Part shown: positions 13,949 through 26,571 of the stretch, piece after piece
Layout: each line of letters starts with the position of its first letter
How positions within the stretch are numbered: the stretch's first letter is position 1
NCBI GenBank assembly: GCA_009914755.4
Contig: CP068257.2
Coordinates: 44,352,001 to 44,416,000 of the forward strand
Source: the human T2T-CHM13v2.0 reference genome, Homo sapiens
Length of the DNA stretch: 64,000 nucleotides
Direction: 5' to 3'
Notes under the pieces: generated by a model
The model's database searches: none
Seen by the model: the letters and a program-made list of their open reading frames with translations, nothing else
Told to the model about the DNA's origin: nothing
Made by a program: the position numbers and the translations under genes

Positions 13949-14047
<99 letters not shown>

Positions 14048-14172
14048 TAAAACTAGCGCTGTCAGCAGCACCTCGTGTGGACCGTTTTGACTTCTGTCTG
14101 GGCGGTCTGGGGCTGCTGCCAGAGGCCGCGGTGGCCTCTGCCGGTGGTGTCATGCTGCCCTCTTTTCTCCAG

Positions 14173-14235
14173 GGCATTCAAGGACCCCCTGGCCCCAAGG
14201 GAGACCCCGGTGCCTTTGGACTGAAAGGAGAAAAG
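14173..14235 (+). CDS. COL6A1: COL6A1 exon 15, triple helix (GIQGPPGPKGDPGAFGLKGEK), 63 nt
   Basis: Acceptor tcttttctccAG|ggcatt, donor gaaaag|GTGAGT. Confidence 0.9.
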
Positions 14236-15203
14236 GTGAGTGACTTGCGGCCCCTGGAGGACCAGGGCCTTCACGGTTGGCCAAGCGCTGAATTGGAAAC
14301 CTCTCCTGGAAGCAAGTCCTGGTCCGAGCATGTCGGCCACCCGTGCGGCCTCAGAGGGGAGGAGCTGGTGGAGGCTGGAGGCAGGCAGAGGAGCAGCGGG
14401 GACAGTGCCCACCGTGGGGACAGTGGCCGTGGCGCTCCCGCCCAGAGCCTTCCCTGCAGCCCGAGGGCCTTCAGGCCTCCGCCATTCTGTCCCCCACACC
14501 TGCCGCTCGCTCGGCACAGATGGGACCCCACCGCGTCACTCCTAGCCTGCGAGCCGCAGCCCAGAATGGCTCTCAGAACTGAGAATGGGCTGGGTGGCAC
14601 TGAGGGTGGCGAGTGGGCGGGAGGGTGGTGAGCGGGGGCGGGAGGAGGGTGGTGAGCGGGTGGGAGGGCGAGTGGGCAGCGGGAGGGCGGGAGCACGAGG
14701 CGGGAGAAGGAGCTTTTTCGTCTGACAGCTGAGTCTGCCGTTGCTGGTGTTTTCTCTGGAGTTTCTTTGTTGAAGCTGAAGTGTTGGGGAAGACAAAGGC
14801 GAATGCTGACCCCACCCCAAACATTCCCAGACGAGCTCCTAGAACCCAGCAGACGGTTTCCAAATCTCATCTTCAAGTTCCCAGATTACCCTCCAGGCCC
14901 TAGATTTGAGTTTGCCAATTTGCCAGCCTGGCAAAGCTGTGCCTTCTCTAATGGGAACCAAATCCTGCCCCTTAGACAAGATGGCCCTTGGCTGGGCCTC
15001 ACAGGGAACAAGGTTGGAGCATTCCAGGAGGTCTTTGTGCAGGGTTGTGGATGGCTGAGGGTGCTGGGGGGTCTGGGCTCAGACAGTGTTGGTCAGAGGG
15101 AGTGGCCTGAAGTATGGGTGAGAGGCCCTGGATGTGGCCTCTGATGGCTGCACCCCTGGTGCACACCCCTGCCAGCGTGTGTGACTCCCCCGGTCTTCCC
15201 CAG

Positions 15204-15266
15204 GGCGAGCCTGGAGCTGACGGGGAGGCGGGGAGACCAGGGAGCTCGGGACCATCTGGAGACGAG
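15204..15266 (+). CDS. COL6A1: COL6A1 exon 16, triple helix (GEPGADGEAGRPGSSGPSGDE), 63 nt
   Basis: Acceptor cggtcttccccAG|ggcgag, donor gacgag|GTGAGG. Confidence 0.9.
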
Positions 15267-15357
15267 GTGAGGAGCTTCACAGCCCCCACACATGCCAGGT
15301 ATGGGCCCAGGGAGGGTCAAGGAGATGGAGCGACCATTCAACCCTTGTTCCCCACAG

Positions 15358-15411
15358 GGCCAGCCGGGAGAGCCTGGGCCCCCCGGAGAGAAAGGAGAGG
15401 CGGGCGACGAG
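15358..15411 (+). CDS. COL6A1: COL6A1 exon 17, triple helix (GQPGEPGPPGEKGEAGDE), 54 nt
   Basis: Acceptor cccttgttccccacAG|ggccag, donor gacgag|GTGAGT. Confidence 0.9.
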
Positions 15412-15556
15412 GTGAGTGAGGGCTCCTGACACCTTCCTGGGGAAGTGCATGGCCTCAGCTTCTGATCCTCTTTGCTCGGGGTCTACTCCACGTCCCTGAG
15501 ACCAAATGCAGTGTGTCCACCAGACTAACGCCGGCGTCTGTTTCTCTTCATCCCAG

Positions 15557-15592
15557 GGGAACCCAGGACCTGACGGTGCCCCCGGGGAGCGG
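15557..15592 (+). CDS. COL6A1: COL6A1 exon 18, triple helix (GNPGPDGAPGER), 36 nt
   Basis: Acceptor tttctcttcatccCAG|gggaac, donor gagcgg|GTGAGT. Confidence 0.9.
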
Positions 15593-15911
15593 GTGAGTGG
15601 GGCAGGGGCAGCCTGCGCTGTTGGCCTCACCATGTAGCTGTGGACGTGGCCTCTGCGGCCCAGTCTGGCCCTCCCAGCACTGAGAGCCATGGCCTCCTGC
15701 CCAAGACAAATGGGTTTCTTCACCCACACGTCCAGGATGCCTCTTCCCACAGTCTCAGAGCGGGTGGGACCTGGGGAACCAGGAGATTCCGGCCTCTGCA
15801 ACCGTGGGGCATGCGGTGGAGGGGTGGCCCCTCCCAGGGGTCCTGCTGGGGGAGTCAGTCCAGGCCAGGCCTCAAGCCCCACCCCAGCTGGGTGTGAGTT
15901 CCAGCAGCTGA

Positions 15912-16097
<186 letters not shown>

Positions 16098-17360
16098 TGA
16101 AGCCCCTGTGGCCCCTCAACGTGGCCAGCCCATCCCCACGCCGTCAGGGAGGGCAGCCCCTGAAGCCGGCGCCCAGCCATGTGCCTGATGCTGGGACCTG
16201 TTTCATGTGAAGGCGTTGCCCGTGGACCCGGTGCCCACTTTCCCACCAGGCGGCTTCCACGTTTCTGCATCCGAGCTTGGGTTCTTCTTTGGAATAATTT
16301 TCCTTAGTTAAAATTCCCAGCGTGAGGAAGTTGGGTCAGTACCCCAGACGGGAAGCTAGGCCTGCAGGGCGCCTGCCTGGGAAGGCTTGACATGGAAAAC
16401 TCACCCCAGAGCCGAGATGCCGGCGGCCTCAGAGGCCACCCCCCACCTTCAGCTCCGTGGACCGTGGGCCTCGCTAGGCCACCCCACAGCCCAGCCTCAG
16501 GGTGCAGAAGCACAGGGCCCTTCTCTGTCCCTGTGACTTGCTGGGAAATCTGTGCTGGATGTGGGGCGGGGCAGCTGGCAGACTCCGGGCGTCTCAGTCC
16601 CATCCGGCTCAGGGAGAGCCAGGGCCTGGCGGGCAGAGTGAAGGGGAGAGAATGCCCTAGTGTGCCCAGCCGAGCTGCCAGGCCTCAGAGGCAGCGCCCC
16701 CGGGTGCCCCCTTGTCCGAGAATCAAGACATGCGACTGTCGTGTGCTGTGACAGACAGGCGGGGCTCCAGCAGGGCCAGAGAGCTGAGCCGGGGCCAGAG
16801 TCGCCGCCACCGAGGGATTTGGCTCCCCAGTGGGGGGTGGGGGATTTCTGACCTCCTCCCTGGGAGCTCCCCAGAAGCGCACAGCCCCCGTGGAGGGGTC
16901 GGGGGGACGTCAAAGCAGGGATCGTGTGACTTAGTGACTCAGACTGCCTTCTAGGCCCACTCCTCTGAGATCAGGATATGAGACTGACAGCCAGGCAGAG
17001 CCCAGAGGAAGGGCCAGCCACGCAGCTCCAGCTTCCCGGCGGGCCACAAGTCCATGGCTACAAACACTTGCCGGGTCCACGGAGCTTGCTGGAGAAGCAG
17101 GGATGCACGCAGGGACGCCTCTGGGGCCCCAGGAGGAGCTGCCGGCCTCCTGAATGAAGATAGCCATAGCCAGCCACGCCGATGGCCACGCACGTGGGCC
17201 GAGGAAACGCTTGGCGAGGCCAGGAAGGGGCTGTGCGGGGAGGGAAGGCCGGAACAGCCCAGTGACCACCTGGACAGCATGCTGTGGCTCCCAGCGTGCC
17301 CGGGCAGCCATCCTCCCCAAGGATGGCCCAGCTCCACACTCACGGCTCGTTTCTCTTCAG

Positions 17361-17423
17361 GGTGAAGCTGGCCCGCAGGGTGATCAGGGAAGAGAAGGCC
17401 CCGTTGGTGTCCCTGGAGACCCG
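17361..17423 (+). CDS. COL6A1: COL6A1 exon 20, triple helix (GEAGPQGDQGREGPVGVPGDP), 63 nt
   Basis: Acceptor cgtttctcttcAG|ggtgaa, donor gacccg|GTAGGA. Confidence 0.9.
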
Positions 17424-20236
17424 GTAGGAAGCGCTGTGGGGTTGGGGGGCGTTGGCCAATTTGGGTTTTGGGGGTAGAAGTGCTCCAGCAGCTCACGCAC
17501 TGGGGGTCTGTTCATTTCCGTTTGAGGGCCTCTGTGTTTCCGTAGATCTCGGGGGTGTCCCTGCGTGGGAGCCGGCTGCAGGGGGTGAGGCGCGGCCTGG
17601 GCCGGGCTGGTGTGGATTGTTGAGAGCAGGCCCAGCGCCCGGGGGCCTGACGCTGAGACGCTCAGCCCAGGTGGAGAAGCGCTGTCTGGGGGCCCATCCG
17701 GGGCAAGGGTGCCTCACAGTGAGGAAGAGGTGTTGGAGCCCCTGGGAGACACTGGGAGCTTGGTCAGCATCTGTTTTTCTGGGTCAGGAGCCAGGCATGA
17801 CTGTGGCTGGAGGTCAACTGGGGAGTGTGAGGCTATGGAGGTTTCCAGAATCCCAGGGTGTCAGGATGAAAATGCACTTTCATCTCATTCTAAATTCCCT
17901 TCTCCGAGCCTCTGGAATCGCTGTGCACGCCGCACGGCTTTCTGTCTCTTCCCCCATTCTGATGACTGCCATGATGGTGGCTCCAGTGTGGTGTTGCCCG
18001 CAGGCTGGGCTGGGCCGTTGCATCCTCCCGGAGCTCACCTGCCCCACGGGGACAGGAAGGCCTCCACACGGTCACGCCCGGAGACAGCAAGTCTGTGCTC
18101 CCGAGCTTGTCTGCTTCTGTGGACAAATCGACCTTACGGCTCCATGTGCGCAGCTGCCCACACACCGAGCACAAGGCCAGACCCTGGGCACGGCAGCTGT
18201 CTCAGACGTCCAGCAAGATGGGGCCTCAGACCCAGGGAGATGGGAGAGGCCGTCCCAGTGCAAGTCACATTTGTATTTCTGTGCACGAGGTGAAATCGTG
18301 CTTTTGTGGTGCCAACGGGTGTTACACAGCTGTTAAAAATACCTGTGTCATAGATGAGGACCAGGGCAGGGCTTGGCAGGCGGGGTCTGGGCCGTTCGTC
18401 CACCTGGTCCTGCGTGCCGCTCACGGCAGGGGCAGAAAGGGCTCCCGACACCTTCCTGGGGAAGTGCACGGCCTCAGTCTCTGATCCTCTTTGCTCTTTG
18501 AGCTCCCGGGGCTCCAGCCCTGAGGATGATCTGACCTCCCATGTGGTCACCCAGGACAGGGCCAGGTGCAGGGCACAGTGCGTGGAAGAGGCCATGCAGC
18601 CAGTGGCAGATTGTGGGGAGGGGACGGCCCAGGGCCACGTTCCAGGCTTGGGAGGCTGCTCCAGACCTTGGTAGCTGAAAGTCTCAGTGGGAATGAGCGT
18701 TCAGAGGCCAGGACTTGCTCGGAGAATTCTAACCACACCCTGCCTGTTTTATATGTTCAGTTTTCAAAGTAATCAATAGCCACTATAAGAAAAAAACAAA
18801 GCCACTTTCAAAGGGTTGTGGTAAGAGGCAGTCCTGTGAGCAGGCCGGCTGCAGGGCCTCCAGGGCTGTGGGGCAGGCTGCACAGGGGCTGGTGGGTCCC
18901 ATGCCTGGGGGTCTGGGAATAGTCTCTAGGCTGCTGTCCTGGAGGAGGTTTCCCCCAACGCCTGAGACCAGGGCACCATGTGACCCATGACTCACAGTTG
19001 CCTGGCTGAGGCAGGCACTTGTTCACCTGGAGCCTCCCTGGGGCCTTTCGGGGCCCGGGGGTGTGGATAGGTGGCTTTGGAGCCACATTTGTCCATCGGG
19101 ACGTTGGGCTCCCAGCTGGCCTTCCGGGCTTTCCCTGCTCCCAGAACCTCCCTGCTCAGCCCTTGCCAGCCTTACCCCTCCCCTCCACCCTGCCCAGCAT
19201 GGGGCTCTCCCTGTGTGGATGCCAGAAGCAGTTGGGCCCTCAGGGCTGGTCCCAGGAGGTGCCCCCAGTGAGGTGCTCTGCAGAAACTGCCCAGTCTGGC
19301 CTCCTGCTGTCTGTGGCACAGTCTGACTGTGTGTGGTGAGGTCCAGGCCTTCTGCCTCCCACTTACCTGGCCCAGGGCACAGAGACCTCCTTTCCATCCT
19401 TCCTCCTGGCCCCCTTTTCGTGTTCCCAAGGCAGGATCTCAGGGTACCAGACTAACCCCTGTTGAACCCCAAGTTTGGTGAGCTTCTGGACCTCCTTGAG
19501 GCCCGTGTGCAAAGTCCCCAGTCAAGTGTGCAGTCCTGACTGCTGGGGCGTTGACCACGAAGGGTGCAGGAGCTTCACAGCCAGGCCTGGGTGCTTGCAC
19601 AGTCGGGGTAGAGAGAGCAATACACTAGATGCCTCCTGTCTGCCTGGTGGAGGCCACGGGGTCAGGATGGTGAATGGGCCAAGTCTGGTAGTGGGGAAGT
19701 TGTAAACATTTGAACCACCGGACAGGCCTCATCGGGAAGCATCAGCCTAACCACAGGCCAGGGACAGGCGTCCGAGCAGGCACAGGCCAGGGACAGGCGT
19801 CCGACCAGGCTCATGGCTGGGGCCAGGTGGGCCAGGTGGGCCAGGTGGGCCGGGCGATGTGTACACGGCTCCCTTCTTGGCTCAGCTGGGCGCGCTGGGA
19901 AGTGCTTGGGGTGCCTGGGCTAGACTCCGAAGGGCAGGGACTCGCCGCTGGAGTTGTCCACGGAGCAGGCCCTCAAAGGTGGGAGCTGGGGCCAGCTCTG
20001 GAAATAGACCCCCACAGGGTCCTCATGAGATGTGGGGGACCCAAGGAAGTCCAGCAGGCAGCCTCAGGTGCAGGTGGGGGCAGGGTGGTGTCCAGGCTCA
20101 GCCCACAGAGGGTCCTGCGGTTGGGGGTGGGCTAAGGGGACCAGGCCAGGCCCAAAGGGGACCATGAGGGAGGGCAGTCTGGGGCCACTCTGATAGGAGA
20201 AGGGGCAGGTGGTCTGCGGCCTGGGGACCTGTAGCC

Positions 20237-20415
20237 TCACCCCTCCGTGGGGACCTGAGGCACCAGCCGGGCACTCACCGAAGTCATCTGGGACAGGCTT
20301 CACCCTTCCGTGGGGGCCTGAGGCACCAGCCGGGCGCCCACCAAAGTCATCTGGGAGAGGCTTCACCCCTCCGTGGGGGCCTGAGGCACCAGCTGGGCGC
20401 CCACCGAAGGGCTTC
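20237..20415. repeat. ~60-bp tandem triplication in intron 20
   Basis: cacccctccgtgggggcctgaggcaccagccgggcgcccaccgaagtcatctgggacaggcttcac, about 3 copies. Confidence 0.8.
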
Positions 20416-20536
20416 AACACTTGTGCCCAGGCCCTTCGTGCAGGCCCTTCGTCAGACCCAAGAGTGGGCCTGGCTCTCCCCCTGCACTGATGGGACTGGG
20501 GCCAGAGCCTGGGGGCCCTGATGCCTCTTGGTCTGA

Positions 20537-20767
<231 letters not shown>

Positions 20768-20893
20768 TGAGGACTCTATGGCCCTGGGTGTCCTGGCTCC
20801 CGATGGGACCTCTCCCGGCCCCAGGAGGGCCCTGCTTCCCTCCAAGGTCACCATGCTAAGCCTGCTCCCCTCACGCCTCCTCTTCCTCCTCAG

Positions 20894-20956
20894 GGTGCCA
20901 GAGGAGCCCCAGGACCTGCCGGACCCCCTGGAGACCCGGGGCTGATGGGTGAAAGG
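20894..20956 (+). CDS. COL6A1: COL6A1 exon 22, triple helix (GARGAPGPAGPPGDPGLMGER), 63 nt
   Basis: Acceptor tcttcctcctcAG|ggtgcc, donor gaaagg|GTGAGT. Confidence 0.9.
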
Positions 20957-21314
20957 GTGAGTGTCCAACAGCTCGGGCCCTAGGGCGGAGGCCTGGCCGC
21001 CAGAGGCCCTGGGAAGCCCCAGCCCCGCACTGTGGAGCTGCCTGGGGTCCCTGACCGGGCCGGGAGTGCCCGCAGCATCACTGGCTCCTGGCCACAGTCG
21101 GCACCTGAGCCAGAGGCCGCCTCGGCAGGGCCCCTCCTGCCCCGAGATCCGGGTCCCAGGGTCCACGGGGACCAGCAGGGTGGCCCCAGGGGAGGGAGCC
21201 GGCTTCTGGGCTGACGGAGGGGCCCTGCGGGTGAGGTGCTCCCGGGCCTGTGCCAGCCAGTGGGTATCCCAGGCCAGGCCGATTCGCACGGTGACGGCTA
21301 CTCTGCTCCCCCAG

Positions 21315-21365
21315 GGAGAAGACGGCCCCGCTGGAAATGGCACCGAGGGCTTCCCCGGCTTCCCC
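21315..21365 (+). CDS. COL6A1: COL6A1 exon 23, triple helix with Gly-X interruption and N-glycosylation sequon (GEDGPAGNGTEGFPGFP), 51 nt
   Basis: Acceptor ctctgctcccccAG|ggagaa, donor ttcccc|GTAAGT. 17 codons, i.e. not a multiple of 9 nt, giving the imperfection G-N-G. Confidence 0.9.
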
Positions 21366-21591
21366 GTAAGTGTCCGGAGGCTGAGCCCACAGGAACATGC
21401 CCAAGCTGCCTGCGGCGCCCTCTTTAGTGGACTGGGCACTCTTGGGTGGGCGGGCTGGCCCCAGGACCGCCGGCTGGCCCAGGAATTCCATGGCCGGGAT
21501 TCTGTCAGCTCAGGCCCTTCCGCTGTGCGCCCCTCACAGCCTCCCCTCTCAAATCAGAACCCGGTATCACTGCCCTGCTTTTCCATGACAG

Positions 21592-21627
21592 GGGTATCCG
21601 GGCAACAGGGGCGCTCCCGGGATAAAC
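21592..21627 (+). CDS. COL6A1: COL6A1 exon 24, triple helix (GYPGNRGAPGIN), 36 nt
   Basis: Acceptor cttttccatgacAG|gggtat, donor ataaac|GTGAGT. Confidence 0.9.
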
Positions 21628-22090
21628 GTGAGTACGCCCCCTCCTCCATCTGGCTGTGGGCACACAAACATTCACAGTCACAGGGACACGCACGTGTGAA
21701 CACACATGTGCACACAGGCTCCCGAGCAAACACACGGGGTACACAGGCACCCACGGCTGCCCCACTGTCTGTGGCCACAGCCCCAGTTGGCATCGGCTCC
21801 TGCAGGCCCTGCGAGGCTCCCACTGTGGTGTGGCCTGTGGGTCTCCTCACGGCCCTGACTGCCCGGTGACCGATCTCCCCTCGGTGCGCAGGGCAGGCCC
21901 AGCCCCAGAGGCCGCCCCACGGCTCTCTAGGCCACTCCGGGACCCAGTTTCTCCAGCCCAGGAAATGTGTGTGGTGGGGGAAGGGAAGAGAAGAGTGCCT
22001 CTCTTATCTTTATTTTTTTCCTTTTAAAATTTCCACTTCCTAAAAACAAAATAAAACCCTTGTTAACCAAGTGCTCTCCCGTCACTGCAG

Positions 22091-22153
22091 GGCACGAAGG
22101 GCTACCCCGGCCTCAAGGGGGACGAGGGAGAAGCCGGGGACCCCGGAGACGAT
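22091..22153 (+). CDS. COL6A1: COL6A1 exon 25, triple helix (GTKGYPGLKGDEGEAGDPGDD), 63 nt
   Basis: Acceptor cccgtcactgcAG|ggcacg, donor gacgat|GTAAGT. Confidence 0.9.
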
Positions 22154-22346
22154 GTAAGTGTGGATGGGAGGCAGGGCCAGCCCCAAGTCCACCTGAGCCA
22201 GAGGGCTGGGCCCTTGAAGGGCAGTGGACCAGGACCCGCTTGGGGAGGCCTCATGGGCCCCGGCTGCTGGATGCTCTGTGGACGGGGCCAGCGCGCAGAT
22301 GCCCGGGTGGTGCACGGTCTGTTGACACAACGCTGTTCCCTTCTAG

Positions 22347-22412
22347 AACAACGACATTGCACCCCGAGGAGTCAAAGGAGCAAAGGGGTACCGGGGTCCC
22401 GAGGGCCCCCAG
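22347..22412 (+). CDS. COL6A1: COL6A1 exon 26, triple helix with interruption (NNDIAPRGVKGAKGYRGPEGPQ), 66 nt
   Basis: Acceptor gctgttcccttctAG|aacaac, donor ccccag|GTGGGT. Confidence 0.88.
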
Positions 22413-22850
22413 GTGGGTGGATGTGGCTGGGTGAGGCCACGGTGGGCTGTGCCTGGGACGCCGGATGCTGGGGCTGGGGAATGCTGGAAGAGGCTGGGAG
22501 AGTGGGAGGCGGCGGGAGGGAATTTTGGGGAGCACGTCATCTGGGAGGCCCTGGGGGTGGGAGGTGCCGGTCACCAGGGCCAGGTGGTGGCCAGGGCAGC
22601 AGAGCCGAGCCCAGGGACACAGCGGGTCCTCAGGGTGGGGCCCACCTGGGATGGCCGCCTGGACCACCAGTGTGCGAAGCCCCAGCTGCCCTCACAGCAC
22701 CGTCACTGGAGGACGAGGGGCTGGGTAGGGAGGGACCGGGCAGGGGTGGGCTTGATGAGGGGCAGGGCCCTGGGGGTGGGGGCTGTCTCAGCTCAGGAAG
22801 CACAGTGGGCTCCTCACCCTCAGAGCTCCTCTACTCCGTTTCTCGGACAG

Positions 22851-22886
22851 GGACCCCCAGGACACCAAGGACCGCCTGGGCCGGAC
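22851..22886 (+). CDS. COL6A1: COL6A1 exon 27, end of triple helix (GPPGHQGPPGPD), 36 nt
   Basis: Acceptor ccgtttctcggacAG|ggaccc, donor ccggac|GTAAGT. Summed helix residues across exons 8-27 come to 336. Confidence 0.9.
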
Positions 22887-23032
22887 GTAAGTGGGGCTCT
22901 GTGAACATTGCTGGGGGCGACCACTGTAGCTTCCATCCCTTGGGGTGTGGGTCCTGTCCATGGGTGCTCCTGTAGACGCTGCTCACGGGGGGGTGGGTTG
23001 TGGACAAAGAGCTGGTGCCAGGCCCTAGGGAC

Positions 23033-23560
23033 CCGTGACGGCCATGGGAGGACCCGTGAGGATCATAGGGGGATGTGTGAGGACCATAGAGGGGACATGT
23101 GAGGATCATGGGGGACATGTGAGGATCATGGGAAGACGTGAGGATCATAGGGGGACGTGTGAGGATCATGGAGGGCATGTGAGGATCATGGGGGACATGT
23201 GAGGATCATGGGAAGACGTGAGGATCATGGGGGGGACGTGTGAGGATCATGGGGGGGACCCGTGAGGGTCATGGGGGGATGTGTGAGGATCATGGGGGGG
23301 GAACGTGTGAGGATCATGGGGGGGATGTGTGAGGATCATGGGACATGTGAGGATCATGGGGGGGACGTGTGAGGATCATGGGAGGACGTGAGGATCATGG
23401 AGGGGGACATGTGAGGATCATGGGGGACCCGTGAGGATCATGGGGGACCCGTGTGAGGATCATGGGGGGGGACGTGTGAGGATCATGGGGGGACCTGTAC
23501 CCATGAGGACCATGAGGGGACCCGTGACGGCCACGGGGAGACCCATGACTGCGCTGTTTC
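23033..23560. repeat. Minisatellite in intron 27: ~25 copies of the ~19-21-bp unit GTGAGGATCATGGGGGGACRTGT
   Basis: gacatgtgaggatcatgggggacatgtgaggatcatgggaagacgtgaggatcatagggggacgtgtgaggatcatgg... Confidence 0.9.
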
Positions 23561-23752
23561 TATGACCACGTCAGGGGTCCAGCCCAGTAGCAGGGGTGTA
23601 GTGGGCAGAGCCGGGCACACCTGCAAAGAACCTCCTGCCCAAACCCCGCCCTGTGGGGGCCCCAGGGAGGGTGACCTGGAGATCCAGCAGCCCACAGTCC
23701 CCGCTGGGAGGGGCTGTCTATGGCCCCAGTACCCTCGTCTCTCCCTCCCCAG

Positions 23753-23789
23753 GAATGCGAGATTTTGGACATCATCATGAAAATGTGCT
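23753..23789 (+). CDS. COL6A1: COL6A1 exon 28 (ECEILDIIMKMC + 1 nt), Cys-rich linker after the helix
   Basis: Acceptor ctctccctccccAG|gaatgc, donor atgtgct|GTGAGT, ending in phase 1. Confidence 0.88.
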
Positions 23790-24180
23790 GTGAGTATCTC
23801 TGAGAAGCCGTCCTCGTTAGGGAGAGCAGGGCCGCCAGCCTGGCCTGTTCCACTCCTAGAAGGGTGTCTCCACTGTTGGGGGCCTGGGTCTCTGGGTACA
23901 TCCTTGAGGAGGCTCCTCAGCCAGCCCCTACCGGCCTCCAAAGCCCTCCCAGGCCCCCGGGTCCCCGCACAGGCTGAGAGTCCCCGGTGCGGTGCAGAGC
24001 TGCCACGTGGGGAGGGCGGCCGGGGAGGCGGGGAGGCGGGGCAGGAGGCCGGGGAAGGGGGGAGGCCGGGGAAGGAGGGCGGCCGGGGAGGCGGGGAGGC
24101 TGCCCCAAGAGTAAAAGCCTTTCTGACGTGCGCAGGACGCGGCCCTGACTGGTCTAACTGACTCTTTCTCTTCTCCTCAG

Positions 24181-24189
24181 CTTGCTGTG
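24181..24189 (+). CDS. COL6A1: COL6A1 exon 29, 9-nt micro-exon (cttgctgtg gives -S C C-)
   Basis: Acceptor ctctttctcttctcctcAG|cttgctgtg|GTGAGA. It is required to keep the frame between exons 28 and 30, giving the joined peptide ...[17 protein letters not shown]. Confidence 0.82.
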
Positions 24190-24577
24190 GTGAGACCCAG
24201 GCTCTAGCTCCTGAGAGAATGGATCCCGGGGGTCGGGGAGCGAGGCCTGGGTCCCACACATGTCACAGGACAGCACATGGCACTCTGGTCCCCGCCCGCA
24301 GCTCCCTGCACCTGCCCGCCCCCTCTGGGGCCTGCTCCAAGCCAGCAGGGTTCCCGGGTGTTGGGCTGGGCCCCGCCCTCTTTCACCCATAACTGAAATA
24401 ACCAGGAGCAGGCTTGGGGGGGTCCCTGCTCCATCATTCTGGCCCACAGGCCCCACCCTAGCCTGGCTGAGCAACGCCAGCCCTGACCAGCCGCCGGACA
24501 GAGCAGCCTTTACGGGGCCATGGGAGGGGGTGGGCTTTTCTGGGGCTGAGACGGGGGGACCCCAACGTGTCAGGTGA

Positions 24578-25018
<441 letters not shown>

Positions 25019-25268
25019 TGAGGGAGGGTCTCCCCCTCTCCTTGAAGGGCGGTAGTCTGGGGTCCTGAGTGCTGGGTGTGGGCTTGTCCCTCGTGGACAG
25101 AACCCAGGAGGGCTTCATCCACCAAGGAAGATTGCTTTGCAGGGTACCCAGGTCCCGGGGGCTGTGCCACCCTCTGGGCACCCGGAGCCAATCGCAGGGT
25201 ACCCAGGTCCCGGGGGCTGTGCCACCCTCTGTGCACCCAGAGCCAATCGCAGGGGACCCAGGTCCTGA

Positions 25269-25493
<225 letters not shown>

Positions 25494-25565
25494 TGAGTGC
25501 CCCACGCGGCCAGGACCCTCCCACCCCTCGCCCCGACCGCTGTTCCCACGGCAGGTCGGCCCTGA

Positions 25566-25859
<294 letters not shown>

Positions 25860-25948
25860 TAGGGCGCCCCGCCAGCCAGGGTGGCCTTGTCCCCAGAAAG
25901 ACGAGGGCAGAGCAGGCTGCGCCACACCGATACTGTCTGTCCCCACAG

Positions 25949-26132
25949 GTGGTCTCCGTGGGCATCAAAGACGTGTTTGACTTCATCCCAGGCTCAGACC
26001 AGCTCAATGTCATTTCTTGCCAAGGCCTGGCACCATCCCAGGGCCGGCCCGGCCTCTCGCTGGTCAAGGAGAACTATGCAGAGCTGCTGGAGGATGCCTT
26101 CCTGAAGAATGTCACCGCCCAGATCTGCATAG
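25949..26132 (+). CDS. COL6A1: COL6A1 exon 33: C1 VWA end ([61 protein letters not shown] + 1 nt)
   Basis: Acceptor ctgtccccacAG|gtggtc, donor tgcatag|GTGCGC. The exon's 3' end is the first unit of the 41-bp tandem repeat at 26113-26330. Confidence 0.88.
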
Positions 26133-26330
26133 GTGCGCATGGGGCCACCCGGGCAGTCCCAGATCTGCGTAGGTGCGCGCGGGGCCGCCCGGGCAGTCCC
26201 AGATCTGCGTAGGTGCACGCGGGGCCGCCCGGGCAGTCCCAGATCTGCGTAGGTGCACGCGGGGCCGCCCAGGGCCGTCCCAGATCTGTGTAGGTGCGCG
26301 CAGGCGCCCAGGGCTGTCCCAGAGGCCTCC
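26113..26330. repeat. 41-bp tandem repeat (~5 copies) spanning the exon 33/intron 33 boundary: CCCAGATCTGCRTAG|GTGCRCRYGGGGCCRCCCGGGCAGT
   Basis: Copy 1 is the real exon end plus donor (cccagatctgcatagGTGCGCatggggccacccgggcagtc). Copies 2-5 follow immediately, each retaining TAG|GTGCRC. Confidence 0.88.
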
Positions 26331-26541
26331 TCCCAGCTCACTGTTACCTCCAGGGGCACGGCCACCCTGTAGGTGCGCACGGGGCCGCCTGGGGCTGTCC
26401 CACAGGCATCCTCCTCCCGGCTCGCTGTGACTTCCGGGGGCACGGCCACCCCTGTGCTCGGCCGGGAGGTCCTGTGACATCTCCTTGCGGGGTTATAGGT
26501 GGAGCAGTGGGCTCACACTGCACGGCTTTTCTCTTTTACAG

Positions 26542-26571
26542 ACAAGAAGTGTCCAGATTACACCTGCCCCA
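26542..26571 (+). CDS. COL6A1: COL6A1 exon 34, 30 nt (DKKCPDYTCP-)
   Basis: Acceptor ttttctcttttacAG|acaagaag, donor gcccca|GTGAGT. Confidence 0.88.
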
